Positions 17,940 to 26,917 of a stretch of 64,000 nucleotides of DNA are shown piece after piece (position 1 is the first letter of the stretch; the number at the start of each line of letters is the position of its first letter). The DNA lies in NCBI GenBank assembly GCA_041576165.1, contig JBFGLM010000002.1, positions 1-64,000 of the forward strand, read 5' to 3'. Under the pieces are notes generated by a model. It ran no database searches. It worked only from the letters and a program-made list of their open reading frames with translations, and was not told the origin of the DNA. The DNA comes from Acidimicrobiia bacterium. GTDB lineage: Bacteria; Actinomycetota; Acidimicrobiia; Spongiisociales; Spongiisociaceae. A program made the position numbers and the translations under genes.

Positions 17940-18329
17940 TCAGGCCTCTTCATCCCGGGGCCGAGCCCCCAGCACCCCGCCGGCCATCCCGAGAACCATC
18001 GCCACCGCTGCGAACATGACGAGCGTGTAGAGGGCCGGCTGGCTCCCGGCCGCGAGCGACAGGGCCGAAATGATGCCGTACAGCACCAATCCCGCCAGCG
18101 ACCCGTGAAATGCTGGGTTGGTGGCGGCAGTGAAACGCCCGCTGGTGTAGCCGGCGGCCAGTTGGCCGGCAAAGAGCGCAACGGCCAGGGCGAATAGCGG
18201 GGCCAAGTCGTCCGCCGAAGCACCCAGCGCAGCAGCTGCCAGAAACACGACGAGGCCGATCACCACCATGATGAAGAGGCCGGCGACCGCGCCGATGACG
18301 ATGGCCCCCCAGCGGGCCTGGCGGATCAC
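17940..18329 (-). CDS. Four-helix membrane protein (TIGR04086-like)
   Basis: Hydrophobic Gly/Ala-rich helices, AGYTSGR, HG...G, GMAGGVLG. Confidence 0.7.
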   Translation of the reverse strand: MIRQARWGAIVIGAVAGLFIMVVIGLVVFLAAAALGASADDLAPLFALAVALFAGQLAAGYTSGRFTAATNPAFHGSLAGLVLYGIISALSLAAGSQPALYTLVMFAAVAMVLGMAGGVLGARPRDEEA

Positions 18330-18590
18330 TCAGCGACCCTTGCTCAGCATGACGGGGACTGTAGGTTCCGCCCCGGCCTCCGGCCAGCGGGACCGCCCGA
18401 TCACCTTTGAGGCGTTGGCTCGTCGGGATGAGCGGCCCCTTTTGGGCGACAGTGATGACCGGTGTCGGAGAGCGCGCGCAGTACCCTCGGCCGGATAGCA
18501 CAAAAGAGGTCCGCCAACGTCGGGCCGAAACCCTCTACCGTCGTGGGTGGTCAAAGAGGTGCGAGAACTCGAGAAGGGAGGCTCCCCTTG

Positions 18591-19244
18591 GTGATCAACA
18601 AGTATCTGGCCGAGCTGATCGGGACATTCATCCTGGTGTTCGTCGGGTCGATGTCGATCCTGGCGGCGACTCAGGGCGGCGGGCCGCTCATGGTGGTGGT
18701 ACCCATGGGCTTCGGGCTCGGTTTGTTGGCCGCGATCTATGCCGTGGGGGACGTCTCGGGGGGCCATTACAACCCCGCCGTCACGTTGGCCATGTGGCTG
18801 GACAAGCGAACCAACACGTCCGATTTGATCGGGTACTGGATCGGCCAGGTGGTTGGTGCGGTGCTGGCGTCGGTGATCGTGCTGTGGGCCTCGAGCCAGG
18901 AAGTCGTGGCAACCACCGCCACGATTCCCGGGGCAGGGGCCGGCTCGGGCCTCCTGGTCGAGATCGCCATGACGATGATATTCCTGCTGGTGATCCTGGC
19001 TGCCACCATCCGCCAGCCTCGGTCGGCTCCGTGGGCCATCTCGTTGACGCTGGCAGCCATCCACTTTGCTGCTATCCCCATCTCGGGTTCATCTGTCAAC
19101 CCGGCCCGGTCGATCGGCCCGGCGCTGGTAGGCAATGACTGGACCCAGTTCTGGATCTACATAGTCGGCCCATTCGGCGGCGCGATCCTGGGTTGGCTCC
19201 TGTACCGCCTATTCCACACCGAAGGCGTGATGGCAGAGACCTGA
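18591..19244 (+). CDS. aqpZ: Aquaporin (MIP family, AqpZ-like)
   Basis: AELIGTF, SGGHYNPAVT, IH...P...SVNPARS. GGAGG SD ahead of TTG/GTG 18588/18591. Confidence 0.9.
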   Translation: MINKYLAELIGTFILVFVGSMSILAATQGGGPLMVVVPMGFGLGLLAAIYAVGDVSGGHYNPAVTLAMWLDKRTNTSDLIGYWIGQVVGAVLASVIVLWASSQEVVATTATIPGAGAGSGLLVEIAMTMIFLLVILAATIRQPRSAPWAISLTLAAIHFAAIPISGSSVNPARSIGPALVGNDWTQFWIYIVGPFGGAILGWLLYRLFHTEGVMAET

Positions 19245-19262
19245 GGGTCACCGTGACGGATC

Positions 19263-19298
19263 CGCGATGAGGGCCCCCGCCCGGGGGCCCTCATCGCG
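19263..19298. terminator. Bidirectional hairpin terminator
   Basis: CGCGATGAGGGCCCCC-GCCC-GGGGGCCCTCATCGCG, 16-bp perfect stem between convergent genes. Confidence 0.8.
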
Positions 19299-19313
19299 TC
19301 GAGTCTGCGCCGT

Positions 19314-19772
19314 TCAGAACAGCGGTTCTTCCACATACTCCTCGAGGCCGGCTACCCAGCCGGTGGGCAGGCCCCAGTGACGGGCCCCGGCCACCACCAG
19401 CTCCATGTACGCTCGGGACGGCGAGTGATCATCATCCGCTACCCCGTGAATGTGGGTCACGACCGGGTGTGACCGGCCTTCCCGATCGACAGCTTTGAAC
19501 TCATCCGTCGGCACCCGCATCTCGTCGCGCTCGGCTGCGTTGAGCCGCGAAAGCCCTGCGGTCGGCAGCTCGAAAACTGCGCCCCACACGGTGTTGCCGG
19601 GTTGCGGTTTCACGGACGGAAGTCCCCCATCCCAGACAGCATCTTTGACCGGGAATATCAGCCGGGTCTCTGGAAGGTGGGCGATGAATCGAAACGTTGC
19701 CTCCGGAATCAACGCATTCATGCGCTCCGGAGCAATGTGGGCGGTGTAGGCGAAATACAGTGTGGTGCTCAC
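19314..19772 (-). CDS. Gamma-glutamylcyclotransferase family protein
   Basis: LYFAY start, VWGAVFEL, LNAAE, PSRAYM...GARHWGLP..W. Confidence 0.75.
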   Translation of the reverse strand: MSTTLYFAYTAHIAPERMNALIPEATFRFIAHLPETRLIFPVKDAVWDGGLPSVKPQPGNTVWGAVFELPTAGLSRLNAAERDEMRVPTDEFKAVDREGRSHPVVTHIHGVADDDHSPSRAYMELVVAGARHWGLPTGWVAGLEEYVEEPLF

Positions 19773-19925
19773 CCTCGGTGCGCTCCTGTCAGGTCAAGGG
19801 ACCCGGATTGTAGTGGGTTCAGCCGGAACCGGACGACAGGAGCACGCTCCCGAGCTCGGTCTGCTATGTGCTGACTCGGCACCAACAGGTGGAGGCACCG
19901 CGACGGACGGCTACGCTCTCGGCCC

Positions 19926-20957
19926 ATGGCTGACTTCCCTTGGGCCGACACGCTGGCCGCCATCACTTCCGGTAATGATCTCGACGCAGACCGGGCACAC
20001 GCCGCCATGAGCGAGATCATGTCGGGCGCGGCAACCCCCGCTCAGATCGCGGCCTTCATCGTGGGGCTGCGCATGAAAGGCGAGACTGTGTCGGAGATGT
20101 CGGGCCTGGTGCGGGGGATGAAGGATGCGGCCGTGCAAGTACAGCTCGACGGCGATGGGATCCTCGATATCGTCGGGACCGGCGGCGACCGCTCCGGCAC
20201 CTTCAACATCTCCACCACCGCCGCGATCATCGCGGCGGGAGCCGGGGCGCGCGTCGCAAAGCACGGCAACCGGTCCATGTCCTCCAAGTGCGGTTCGGCC
20301 GATGTGCTGGATGCGCTCGGTGTGGCGATCGAGCTCGACCCCGATGCCAACCGGCAGTTGTTCCACGACACCGGGTTCGCGTTCTTCCTGGCGCCGCAGT
20401 ACCACCCGGCGATGCGTTTTGCAGGCCCGGTCCGGCGGGAGCTGGCGATCCCGACTGTCTTCAACTTCCTGGGACCGCTGTCCAACCCGGCCGGCGCAAC
20501 CAGCTACGCAATCGGCGTCGCCGACGGCACGATGGCTGAGAGGATGATCAGGGTGCTGGCCGAAACGGGGGCGGAGCGGGCGTTCGTGTACTACGGCGAG
20601 GACGGCCTGGACGAGCTGACCATCACCGGCCCTTCGTTCATTTGGCGGTTGCGCGAACAGGAGATCACCCATGCCGAGTTCACGCCGGAGGACTTCGGGA
20701 TGGAACGGGCTCCGCTCGCCAGCATCCTCGGCGGCGATGTGTCCGAGAACGTCCGGATCGTGCGCGACGTCCTGGCCGGGGCACGTGGTCCCCAGCGGGA
20801 CGTCGCGGTCATCAACGCTTCGGCAGGCCTCGTGGCAGCCGGGCTGGCCGACGGTTTCATAGAGGGGACTGAGCTCGCCGAGGAGGTCATCGACGATGGG
20901 CGGGCCAAGGCCAAGCTGGAAGAGATCGTGGAGCGCAGCTCGGAGCTGGCCCGTTGA
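19926..20957 (+). CDS. trpD: Anthranilate phosphoribosyltransferase
   Basis: DIVGTGGD, TFNIST, KHGNRSMSSKCGSADVL, HPAMR, TVFNFLGPLSNP, DGLDEL. Confidence 0.96.
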   Translation: MADFPWADTLAAITSGNDLDADRAHAAMSEIMSGAATPAQIAAFIVGLRMKGETVSEMSGLVRGMKDAAVQVQLDGDGILDIVGTGGDRSGTFNISTTAAIIAAGAGARVAKHGNRSMSSKCGSADVLDALGVAIELDPDANRQLFHDTGFAFFLAPQYHPAMRFAGPVRRELAIPTVFNFLGPLSNPAGATSYAIGVADGTMAERMIRVLAETGAERAFVYYGEDGLDELTITGPSFIWRLREQEITHAEFTPEDFGMERAPLASILGGDVSENVRIVRDVLAGARGPQRDVAVINASAGLVAAGLADGFIEGTELAEEVIDDGRAKAKLEEIVERSSELAR

Positions 20958-21070
20958 CCTGCGCGTCACTGAACTGCGGTTAGCTCGGCCGGGCGGCCAC
21001 AATGCGAGTTCATTGCCGGGCTTGGAAGAGTTCATGACTACGAAAGATTCGACCGATATGGTGCTGCACC

Positions 21071-21736
21071 ATGCGTAGCTGGCTCATGCTCGCCGTGCTC
21101 GCCCTGATTGCTGCGGCCTGCGGTGCTAGCGATCAGGGAGCGGGTGAGACACAGACGTCGATGACCGGGACGGTTGCCGTCGAAGCGACAGTTGACGAGA
21201 CGGACCTCGCGCAGTCCGCCCCGGCCGCCCCAGCTGGACCGGCCGGCGCCACCGAACAGACCACCACCCCGGCCCCTGAGACCGAGCCGGTCGCCCCCGA
21301 GGCCGGGGTCGCGACAGAAGGCCCGGCGGCGCCGGATTTCACATTGACGCTGGGCAATGGCGGGACCTACACGCTGAGTCAGGGAGCCAAGCCCGTATAT
21401 TTGGTGTTCTGGGCTGAGTGGTGACCTACGTGTCGGCGGGAGTTGCCCGTCGTCGATCAGCTCGCCGCTGAATATCAGGACCGTGTCGACTTTGTGGCGC
21501 TCGCCTGGAAGAGCTCGGCCGAAGCCGCCGCCGCGCAAGCCGCCGCGCTGATGCCATCGGGCGCAGTGCAGTGGGGTCTCGATCCCAACGAGGCAGTCTT
21601 CTCTGCGTATGGCGTCCCGTATCAGCCATGGACCGTGCTCATCGTGGACGGGGTCGAGGTGAACCGGTGGCCAGGCGCGCTGGGCGAGGCCGAGCTGCGC
21701 GCCAACATCGAGTCGATGCTGGCGCTGGCCGGCTAG
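21071..21736 (+). CDS. Lipoprotein TlpA/redoxin-family selenoprotein (UxxC; TGA 21422-21424 = Sec), 221 aa
   Basis: ORFs 21071..21424 and 21443..21736 are one frame reading KPVYLVFWAEW-[TGA]-PTCRRELP. TGA occupies the first Cys position of CxxC. LIAAAC lipobox, APDFTL, YQPWT cis-Pro loop. Confidence 0.88.
21425..21455 (+). promoter_or_regulatory. Putative bacterial SECIS element
   Basis: CGGCGGG-AGTTG-CCCGTCG stem-loop (21434-21452). The apical loop begins 16 nt after the UGA and has G-U at loop positions 2-3. Confidence 0.65.
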
Positions 21737-21770
21737 CGACCTCTCGATCAGCCGGGCCGATCAAACCGCG

Positions 21771-22367
21771 TCAGCCGCCCGGCTGGGTTTGTTGTTCGCC
21801 GACCTGACGGGCCCCGATCTGGGCGCCGGCCAAGATCGTCTCGAGGGCCTCGGATAGCACCAGTGCGTCGGTTTCGCCGATCAGCTTGCCCACGATTTGA
21901 TCGTCGCGAATGAAGAATGTTTCGGGGATGCCGAACACGCCCAGCTCGATCGCAGCCCTCGAACCGGGATCGTCGACATACAGATAGCCTTCGCCGCGTC
22001 CCAGGTCGTCCAAGAACCCGACGGCTGATCCCAGGTTGTCCTGATAGTTGATGCCAACGAACGTAACCGCGCGGTCCCGATAGGCGTCGTTCGTCGAGAC
22101 GAGGTCGGGATGTTCCAAGCGGCATTGGAGGCACCACGACGCCCAGAAGTTGATGACAATCACCTCGGAGTCGAGCGCGGACAGGTTCACTTCGCCGTCG
22201 GCTTCCAGGAGCGGGAGGACCAGCTCGGGCGCGGGCTTGCCGATCAGCGGCGAAGGGATCTCGTCGGTGTTGATCCCGAACCGGCTGCCGAACACGACGA
22301 AGATAATGGCGAGCATGGTTCCGGCGGCGATGGCGGCCGGCATTCGCGCTGACCGCAACCGGTTCAC
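21771..22367 (-). CDS. ccmG: CcmG/DsbE thiol:disulfide interchange protein (CLQC)
   Basis: TM anchor, IPSPLIGKPAP, NFWASWCLQCRLEHP, GVFGIPETFFI. Last gene of the ccm operon. Confidence 0.88.
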   Translation of the reverse strand: MNRLRSARMPAAIAAGTMLAIIFVVFGSRFGINTDEIPSPLIGKPAPELVLPLLEADGEVNLSALDSEVIVINFWASWCLQCRLEHPDLVSTNDAYRDRAVTFVGINYQDNLGSAVGFLDDLGRGEGYLYVDDPGSRAAIELGVFGIPETFFIRDDQIVGKLIGETDALVLSEALETILAGAQIGARQVGEQQTQPGG

Positions 22368-23170
22368 GCGTCGCCCGCCACGCGGCTGGCAGCGTCTGTC
22401 ATCGCTTCTTCGATCTGGGCTCGGATGTCGGCGGGAAGGTCATCTCGAGCTGCGAGCCGTTCGAGCAGGGGCTGGGCGGCGACCGCATCGTCATTGCCGT
22501 ACAGTTCGATGAGCGCTAGGAACAGCGTGCCTTCTCCGTAGCCGGAATCGGTGGTGAGAGCCTCCTCGACATACTGTTGGGCGAGGTCCGTGCGGCCCGA
22601 GAGGTAGGTCATCCACCCCACCCGGCCCAGTGCCTGGGCCCGCTGCGACGCTCCCAGCTGGCCGGCGAGGGCCTCGAGGTAGTGTTCGAGCGCCGCGGAG
22701 AAGTCGCCCTCTTCGAAGTATCGGTTGGCCAGAGCCGTTCGCATTGATGCCACCTCGGGCACGTCGGGATTGGCGGCGATTACGGCTTCCATCTGCTCGT
22801 TTGTTACCTCGTCCAGGTTGACCGGGGCCGGCTGGTCGGATCCGCCGGTGATGAAGTTGCCCGGTTGCCTCGGCTCGACGGCTTGCGCCGCCAGCAGCCC
22901 AGCCACGACGAAGGCCCCGACCAGCAGCCCGGCCCCAGCCCAGGTCCGTCGCCCGGACACCGCCTCCCGCTCAGGCTTGTCTTCGCGGCCGAGGGCCACG
23001 GAGGCGGCCGCGATTTCGTGGCGGTAGCGACTGATCAACTCCGCCGCAGTTGCCGGGTCCAGCTCGCCCGCCTCGACCTGAGCTTCGACTCCAGAGATAT
23101 CCGCTTCCGCCTGGGCCCGTTGCGCCTCCAGCCGGTGGCGGGCGATGGCAGAGTCCGACGCCCGGCTCAT
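22364..23170 (-). CDS. ccmI: CcmI/CycH-like TPR protein
   Basis: N-terminal coiled segment EAQVEAGELD, one TM, TPR-like helices. Directly follows ccmH. Confidence 0.7.
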   Translation of the reverse strand: MSRASDSAIARHRLEAQRAQAEADISGVEAQVEAGELDPATAAELISRYRHEIAAASVALGREDKPEREAVSGRRTWAGAGLLVGAFVVAGLLAAQAVEPRQPGNFITGGSDQPAPVNLDEVTNEQMEAVIAANPDVPEVASMRTALANRYFEEGDFSAALEHYLEALAGQLGASQRAQALGRVGWMTYLSGRTDLAQQYVEEALTTDSGYGEGTLFLALIELYGNDDAVAAQPLLERLAARDDLPADIRAQIEEAMTDAASRVAGDA

Positions 23171-23610
23171 GTCCGGTCACCCACGGCCGACTCTGACAGC
23201 GCTGCACCCTCATCGTCTGCTTTCGTACCGGGGCGGCGGAGCCGTCCAAGCGCGAAGGCGATACCTGCCGCGGCCCCGGCCACCGGCAGCACCCAGAGAA
23301 TCAGCCCGATGCCGCTGAACCCTGGGTCGAGGCGGGTTCCCGGAAAGCGGTCCTCGAGGTAGGTGAGGATCTCCTCGTCGGTCCAGCCCTCGTCGACCTT
23401 CTCCCGGACAAACCCGAGCATATCCCGGGCGAATCCGGCTGGAGAGTCCACGATCGATTCACCCTGACAGACCGGACACTTGATACGAGCGCCCAGCGCC
23501 TCCACCCGATCGGGCTCAACCGGCTCCCCGACCACAACGCCCCAGATCACGATCGCGGCGAGGGCGGCGGTGAGGCCCGCGGCGAGAGCGCGCCGCAGCG
23601 GCTCAGACAT
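23167..23610 (-). CDS. ccmH: Cytochrome c biogenesis protein CcmH
   Basis: IKCPVCQGESIVDS, GWTDEEILTYL, LWVLP. ATG 23610 overlaps the ccmF stop region. Confidence 0.9.
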   Translation of the reverse strand: MSEPLRRALAAGLTAALAAIVIWGVVVGEPVEPDRVEALGARIKCPVCQGESIVDSPAGFARDMLGFVREKVDEGWTDEEILTYLEDRFPGTRLDPGFSGIGLILWVLPVAGAAAGIAFALGRLRRPGTKADDEGAALSESAVGDRT

Positions 23611-25624
23611 CGGCCACGACGCTTCTGTCACGGGCTCGAACCCGAACGGCCAGAAGCGACAGGCCGGCACCGGCTGCAGTGAGGAGACCACCTGCCCAGA
23701 TCATCCACTGGAGGGGGTAATCCCACATATCCATCGCCAAGCCCTCGTCGTCGATTCGGGTGAGCGACAGGTACAGGTCCCCGCGCAGAGTCGAGTACAC
23801 CGCCGGCGTCTGGATGGCCTGCTGGAAAGACTCGTATTGGTTCAGCCGTGGTTCCAGTGTGGTGACCCGCCCGCCATCCCGGTAAACATCGATCTCGGCG
23901 CCGATTGCGGTCCGGTTGGGCTCCTGACGCACAAACGGCTTTGAGTATTCGAGCTCGAACCCGGAGAACTCGATCCGGTCGCCCGGTTGCATCGTCACGG
24001 CGTCCCGCACCACGAGGTTGGCGGACATGGCGATCCCGACGGCCAGGATGGCGACACCAACGTGTGAGAGCTGGCCGCCCCAATACCCCGGGTCGGCCTT
24101 CACCAGGCGCACCGCCTCCGAGCCGCTCGGAGTCCCCTTCTTGGCGGCGGCCGCCCGAGCCTGGGTGATCAGGTGGCGTACGATGACAGCCACCACGAAG
24201 GTTCCGGCCACAATGGCCATGATCACCCAACCGATGCGCCGTCCGAACAGCACCCAGACCGCACCGGCGGCGAGGCTCACTCGCAGCGGAGTGCGGATGC
24301 GCTGCCACACCACGTCCGGTCGGGCGACCCGGTATGGCGTGACCGGACCAATACCCATCGCCACGAGCAGACCGAAGGACAAGGGAATCGCCCACCGATC
24401 GAAGAATGGCTGGCCGACGCTGACCAGGCTGCCCTGGAAAGCCTCGACGATCAGCGGAGACAGAGTTCCTGACAGCACTACAAAGGCAAAGACGGTCAGC
24501 AAGAGGTTGTTGGCAAGGAAGACGCCTTCGCGGCTGGCGAGCGAATCGAGGCGAGGAGCGGAGGCCACGAGATGCGCGCGAGTCGCGTAGACCACGAACG
24601 AGCCCACCAGCACGACGACCAGGAATCCGAGAATCGCCGGTCCCACCGGGGACTGGGTGAAGCTGTGCACCGAGGCCACCACTCCCGACCGGGTCAAGAA
24701 TGTGCCGAGGATCGTGAGCGAGAACGCGGCGATCACGAGTACGTAGTTCCAGGACGAGAGCACGCCCCGCTTGGTCTGGACGACCGATGAGTGGATGAAG
24801 GCGGTAGCGACCAGCCAAGGCATGAACGAAGCGTTCTCGACGGGGTCCCAGGCCCAGTAGCCGCCCCACCCGAGCACCTCATAGGACCACCACGCGCCCA
24901 GCAGGATCCCGGCGGTGAGAAACGACCAGGCGACCAGCGTCGCCCGCCGGGTCCGCTCCAGCCACTCGGCGCCCTCGCGCAGGCTCAGCAGCGACGACAT
25001 CGCAAATGCAAAGGGAACACTCAGCCCGACATAGCCGACGTAGAGGACTGGAGGATGGACCGCCATGAGGATGTGGTTCTGCAGGAGCGGATTGATGCCC
25101 CTTCCCGCCGCCGGCGCCACCGCGCCGGCCCACGGCACGTTGGAGGCGTCGAGGCAGCCAATGGCCGCCGCCTCCACACACACCCGGAATGGGTTGGCCA
25201 CCGTCAGCATGAGCCCAAAGAAGAACAGGGCGATGATCCCCATGACCCCCAGCGCTCCGATCCCGACGACATCTTCAGAACCGAGCTGGCGGAAAACGAT
25301 CAGCGTGAACGCGGCGAGCACCAGGCCCCACAGCACGATCGAACCCTCCAGCGAAGCCCAGGCACTGGCGATCGTGAAGAGCAGCGGAGTAGCGGCTGCG
25401 TGATTGTTGGCGACGTACTCCAGCGTGAAGTCGTCGTTGAGCAAGGCCATCTCCAAAGCGAGCATGGCAATCACGGCCCCGGCAACCAACCCATAGACCG
25501 CCGGGCGCAGCCGGCCCGGATCCTTTCGGCCGCGTTCCCGCAGACTGCCCAGGCCGCCGGCGACGAGAGCCAGCGAGCTGATCACCCCCGAGACGATCCC
25601 CGCGAGCCCGATCCATGGAGTCAT
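23603..25624 (-). CDS. ccmF: Cytochrome c heme lyase CcmF
   Basis: WASLEGS, GINPLLQ, HPP.LY.GY, LGAWWSYEVLGWGGYWAWDPVENASFMPW, GTFLTRSG, SVHSF. Confidence 0.96.
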   Translation of the reverse strand: MTPWIGLAGIVSGVISSLALVAGGLGSLRERGRKDPGRLRPAVYGLVAGAVIAMLALEMALLNDDFTLEYVANNHAAATPLLFTIASAWASLEGSIVLWGLVLAAFTLIVFRQLGSEDVVGIGALGVMGIIALFFFGLMLTVANPFRVCVEAAAIGCLDASNVPWAGAVAPAAGRGINPLLQNHILMAVHPPVLYVGYVGLSVPFAFAMSSLLSLREGAEWLERTRRATLVAWSFLTAGILLGAWWSYEVLGWGGYWAWDPVENASFMPWLVATAFIHSSVVQTKRGVLSSWNYVLVIAAFSLTILGTFLTRSGVVASVHSFTQSPVGPAILGFLVVVLVGSFVVYATRAHLVASAPRLDSLASREGVFLANNLLLTVFAFVVLSGTLSPLIVEAFQGSLVSVGQPFFDRWAIPLSFGLLVAMGIGPVTPYRVARPDVVWQRIRTPLRVSLAAGAVWVLFGRRIGWVIMAIVAGTFVVAVIVRHLITQARAAAAKKGTPSGSEAVRLVKADPGYWGGQLSHVGVAILAVGIAMSANLVVRDAVTMQPGDRIEFSGFELEYSKPFVRQEPNRTAIGAEIDVYRDGGRVTTLEPRLNQYESFQQAIQTPAVYSTLRGDLYLSLTRIDDEGLAMDMWDYPLQWMIWAGGLLTAAGAGLSLLAVRVRARDRSVVADV

Positions 25625-25627
25625 CGG

Positions 25628-26062
25628 TCAGGCTCCCGGATCGAGTGGCGCCACGTAATCGGGCGCTGGGTCGCCCGCCTCAGGGGCCCGGTACTGCTCG
25701 TCGTGCCGCACCAGCAGCACGTCGGACTGGAACTCGGAGCCCTGCCAGCTGCCTTCGACCACCACGCCGACGTCCTCCTGGAAGAGTTGGGGCGGCGTGC
25801 CGGTGTGCACCACCTGGATGGACGTCGCGCCGTCGCCCACCGAAAAGGCAACGCCGTCCGCCGCGGGGGTCACCGAGCCCACCTCGACCAGCCCGCCGAG
25901 GCGGAAACGTTCGCCATCCGCAAACTCGTCGCGTTGCTGGATCGCCTCGGAGGGAGTCAGGTAGAAAACAAGGTTCGACGAGAGATTCGTCCACAAGAGA
26001 AAGCCGATCAGCACCGCGAAAAGGACGCCGGCCGGGATGAGGAACTTGCGGTATTGCGCCAC
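25628..26062 (-). CDS. ccmE: Heme chaperone CcmE
   Basis: VFYLTPSE, RLGGLV..GS, PQLFQE, VVVEG, heme motif RHDEQY (HxxxY). GTG start 26062. Confidence 0.93.
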   Translation of the reverse strand: MAQYRKFLIPAGVLFAVLIGFLLWTNLSSNLVFYLTPSEAIQQRDEFADGERFRLGGLVEVGSVTPAADGVAFSVGDGATSIQVVHTGTPPQLFQEDVGVVVEGSWQGSEFQSDVLLVRHDEQYRAPEAGDPAPDYVAPLDPGA

Positions 26063-26064
26063 GG

Positions 26065-26172
26065 TCAGCCCTTCTTCGCGCGCTTCTGCAGCCTCCACAC
26101 CAGCGACGCTCCGAACAGGATGATCGACCCGTAGGTGACGATGTACCCTGCCAGCACGTATCCATTACCCAC
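26065..26172 (-). CDS. ccmD: Heme exporter protein CcmD (35 aa)
   Basis: GGAGG-N5-GTG, then MGNGYVLAGYIVTYGSIILFGASLVWRLQKRAKKG: Tyr-containing TM plus basic tail, positioned between ccmC and ccmE. Confidence 0.8.
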   Translation of the reverse strand: MGNGYVLAGYIVTYGSIILFGASLVWRLQKRAKKG

Positions 26173-26896
26173 GGGTGCCTCCCAGATCCGGCGCCGAGAC
26201 GGCGGAACCGGCCAGATCCGTCTCGAGTGCGTCCGTCTCGGTCTGCGCGTCGATGGCCGCAAGCCGGGATCGAAGCTGCAGGAACCAGAAGAAGGTGGCC
26301 AGGAAAGCCAGGATGCTGACCCCCAGCGCTCGACTGTACACCGGGTCGATGGGGGCGTTTTCGATGTCCGGCCGGATGATCGTCGACGTCTGGTGAAGCG
26401 TGCGGAACCACTGCACAGAGAAATGCACGATCGGCACCTGTATGAACGCCACGATGGCGAAGAACGCCGATCGCCGGGCCCGGATGTCGGGGTCGGGAAT
26501 GGCCCGGCGCAGTGCCAGATAGCCAAGGTAGAAGAAGAAGAGAAGAGCGGTGCTCATCATCCGGGCGTCGCCCCAGTCCCACCACACGCCCCAGGTGGGC
26601 CGACCCCAGATCATGCCGGTCACGAGCGTGAGCGCGGTGAATACCACGCCGACTTCGATTGCCGAGGCGGACACTCGGTCGGTGGCGGGCTTCTTCGAGA
26701 TCAAATAGAACACCGCCGCCAGCAGGGCGACGGCGAAGCCAACGTAGGCCGCCATAACCGAGGGCACGTGGATGAACAACATCTTGGCGTACTCGCCCTG
26801 GACACGTTCGGGAGGCGCGCCGATCGCCATCGCCAAACCGGCGCTAATGAGGACGACGGCAGCCACCGGTAATGCTCTCCTCCTCAGGGCTGTCAC
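26165..26896 (-). CDS. ccmC: Heme exporter/WWD protein CcmC
   Basis: FIHVP, TGMIWGRPTWGVWWDWGDARM, VHFSVQWFRTLHQ. Confidence 0.94.
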   Translation of the reverse strand: MTALRRRALPVAAVVLISAGLAMAIGAPPERVQGEYAKMLFIHVPSVMAAYVGFAVALLAAVFYLISKKPATDRVSASAIEVGVVFTALTLVTGMIWGRPTWGVWWDWGDARMMSTALLFFFYLGYLALRRAIPDPDIRARRSAFFAIVAFIQVPIVHFSVQWFRTLHQTSTIIRPDIENAPIDPVYSRALGVSILAFLATFFWFLQLRSRLAAIDAQTETDALETDLAGSAVSAPDLGGTRG

Positions 26897-26917
26897 GTTG
26901 GCTGGTTCCTTCCTCTA

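Noticed and set aside
17314-18223. ORFs overlapping 17521-17898
   Set aside because: These are spurious translations of the RNase P RNA gene.
18501-18560. AAAGAGGT direct repeat upstream of the aquaporin gene
   Set aside because: Only two 8-bp copies 50 bp apart, with no supporting structure or known motif.
21071-21736. Two separate small genes, or a pseudogene
   Set aside because: The stop is TGA exactly at the catalytic Cys column, followed by a SECIS-like hairpin and an intact frame. Sec recoding is more parsimonious, pending sel genes.
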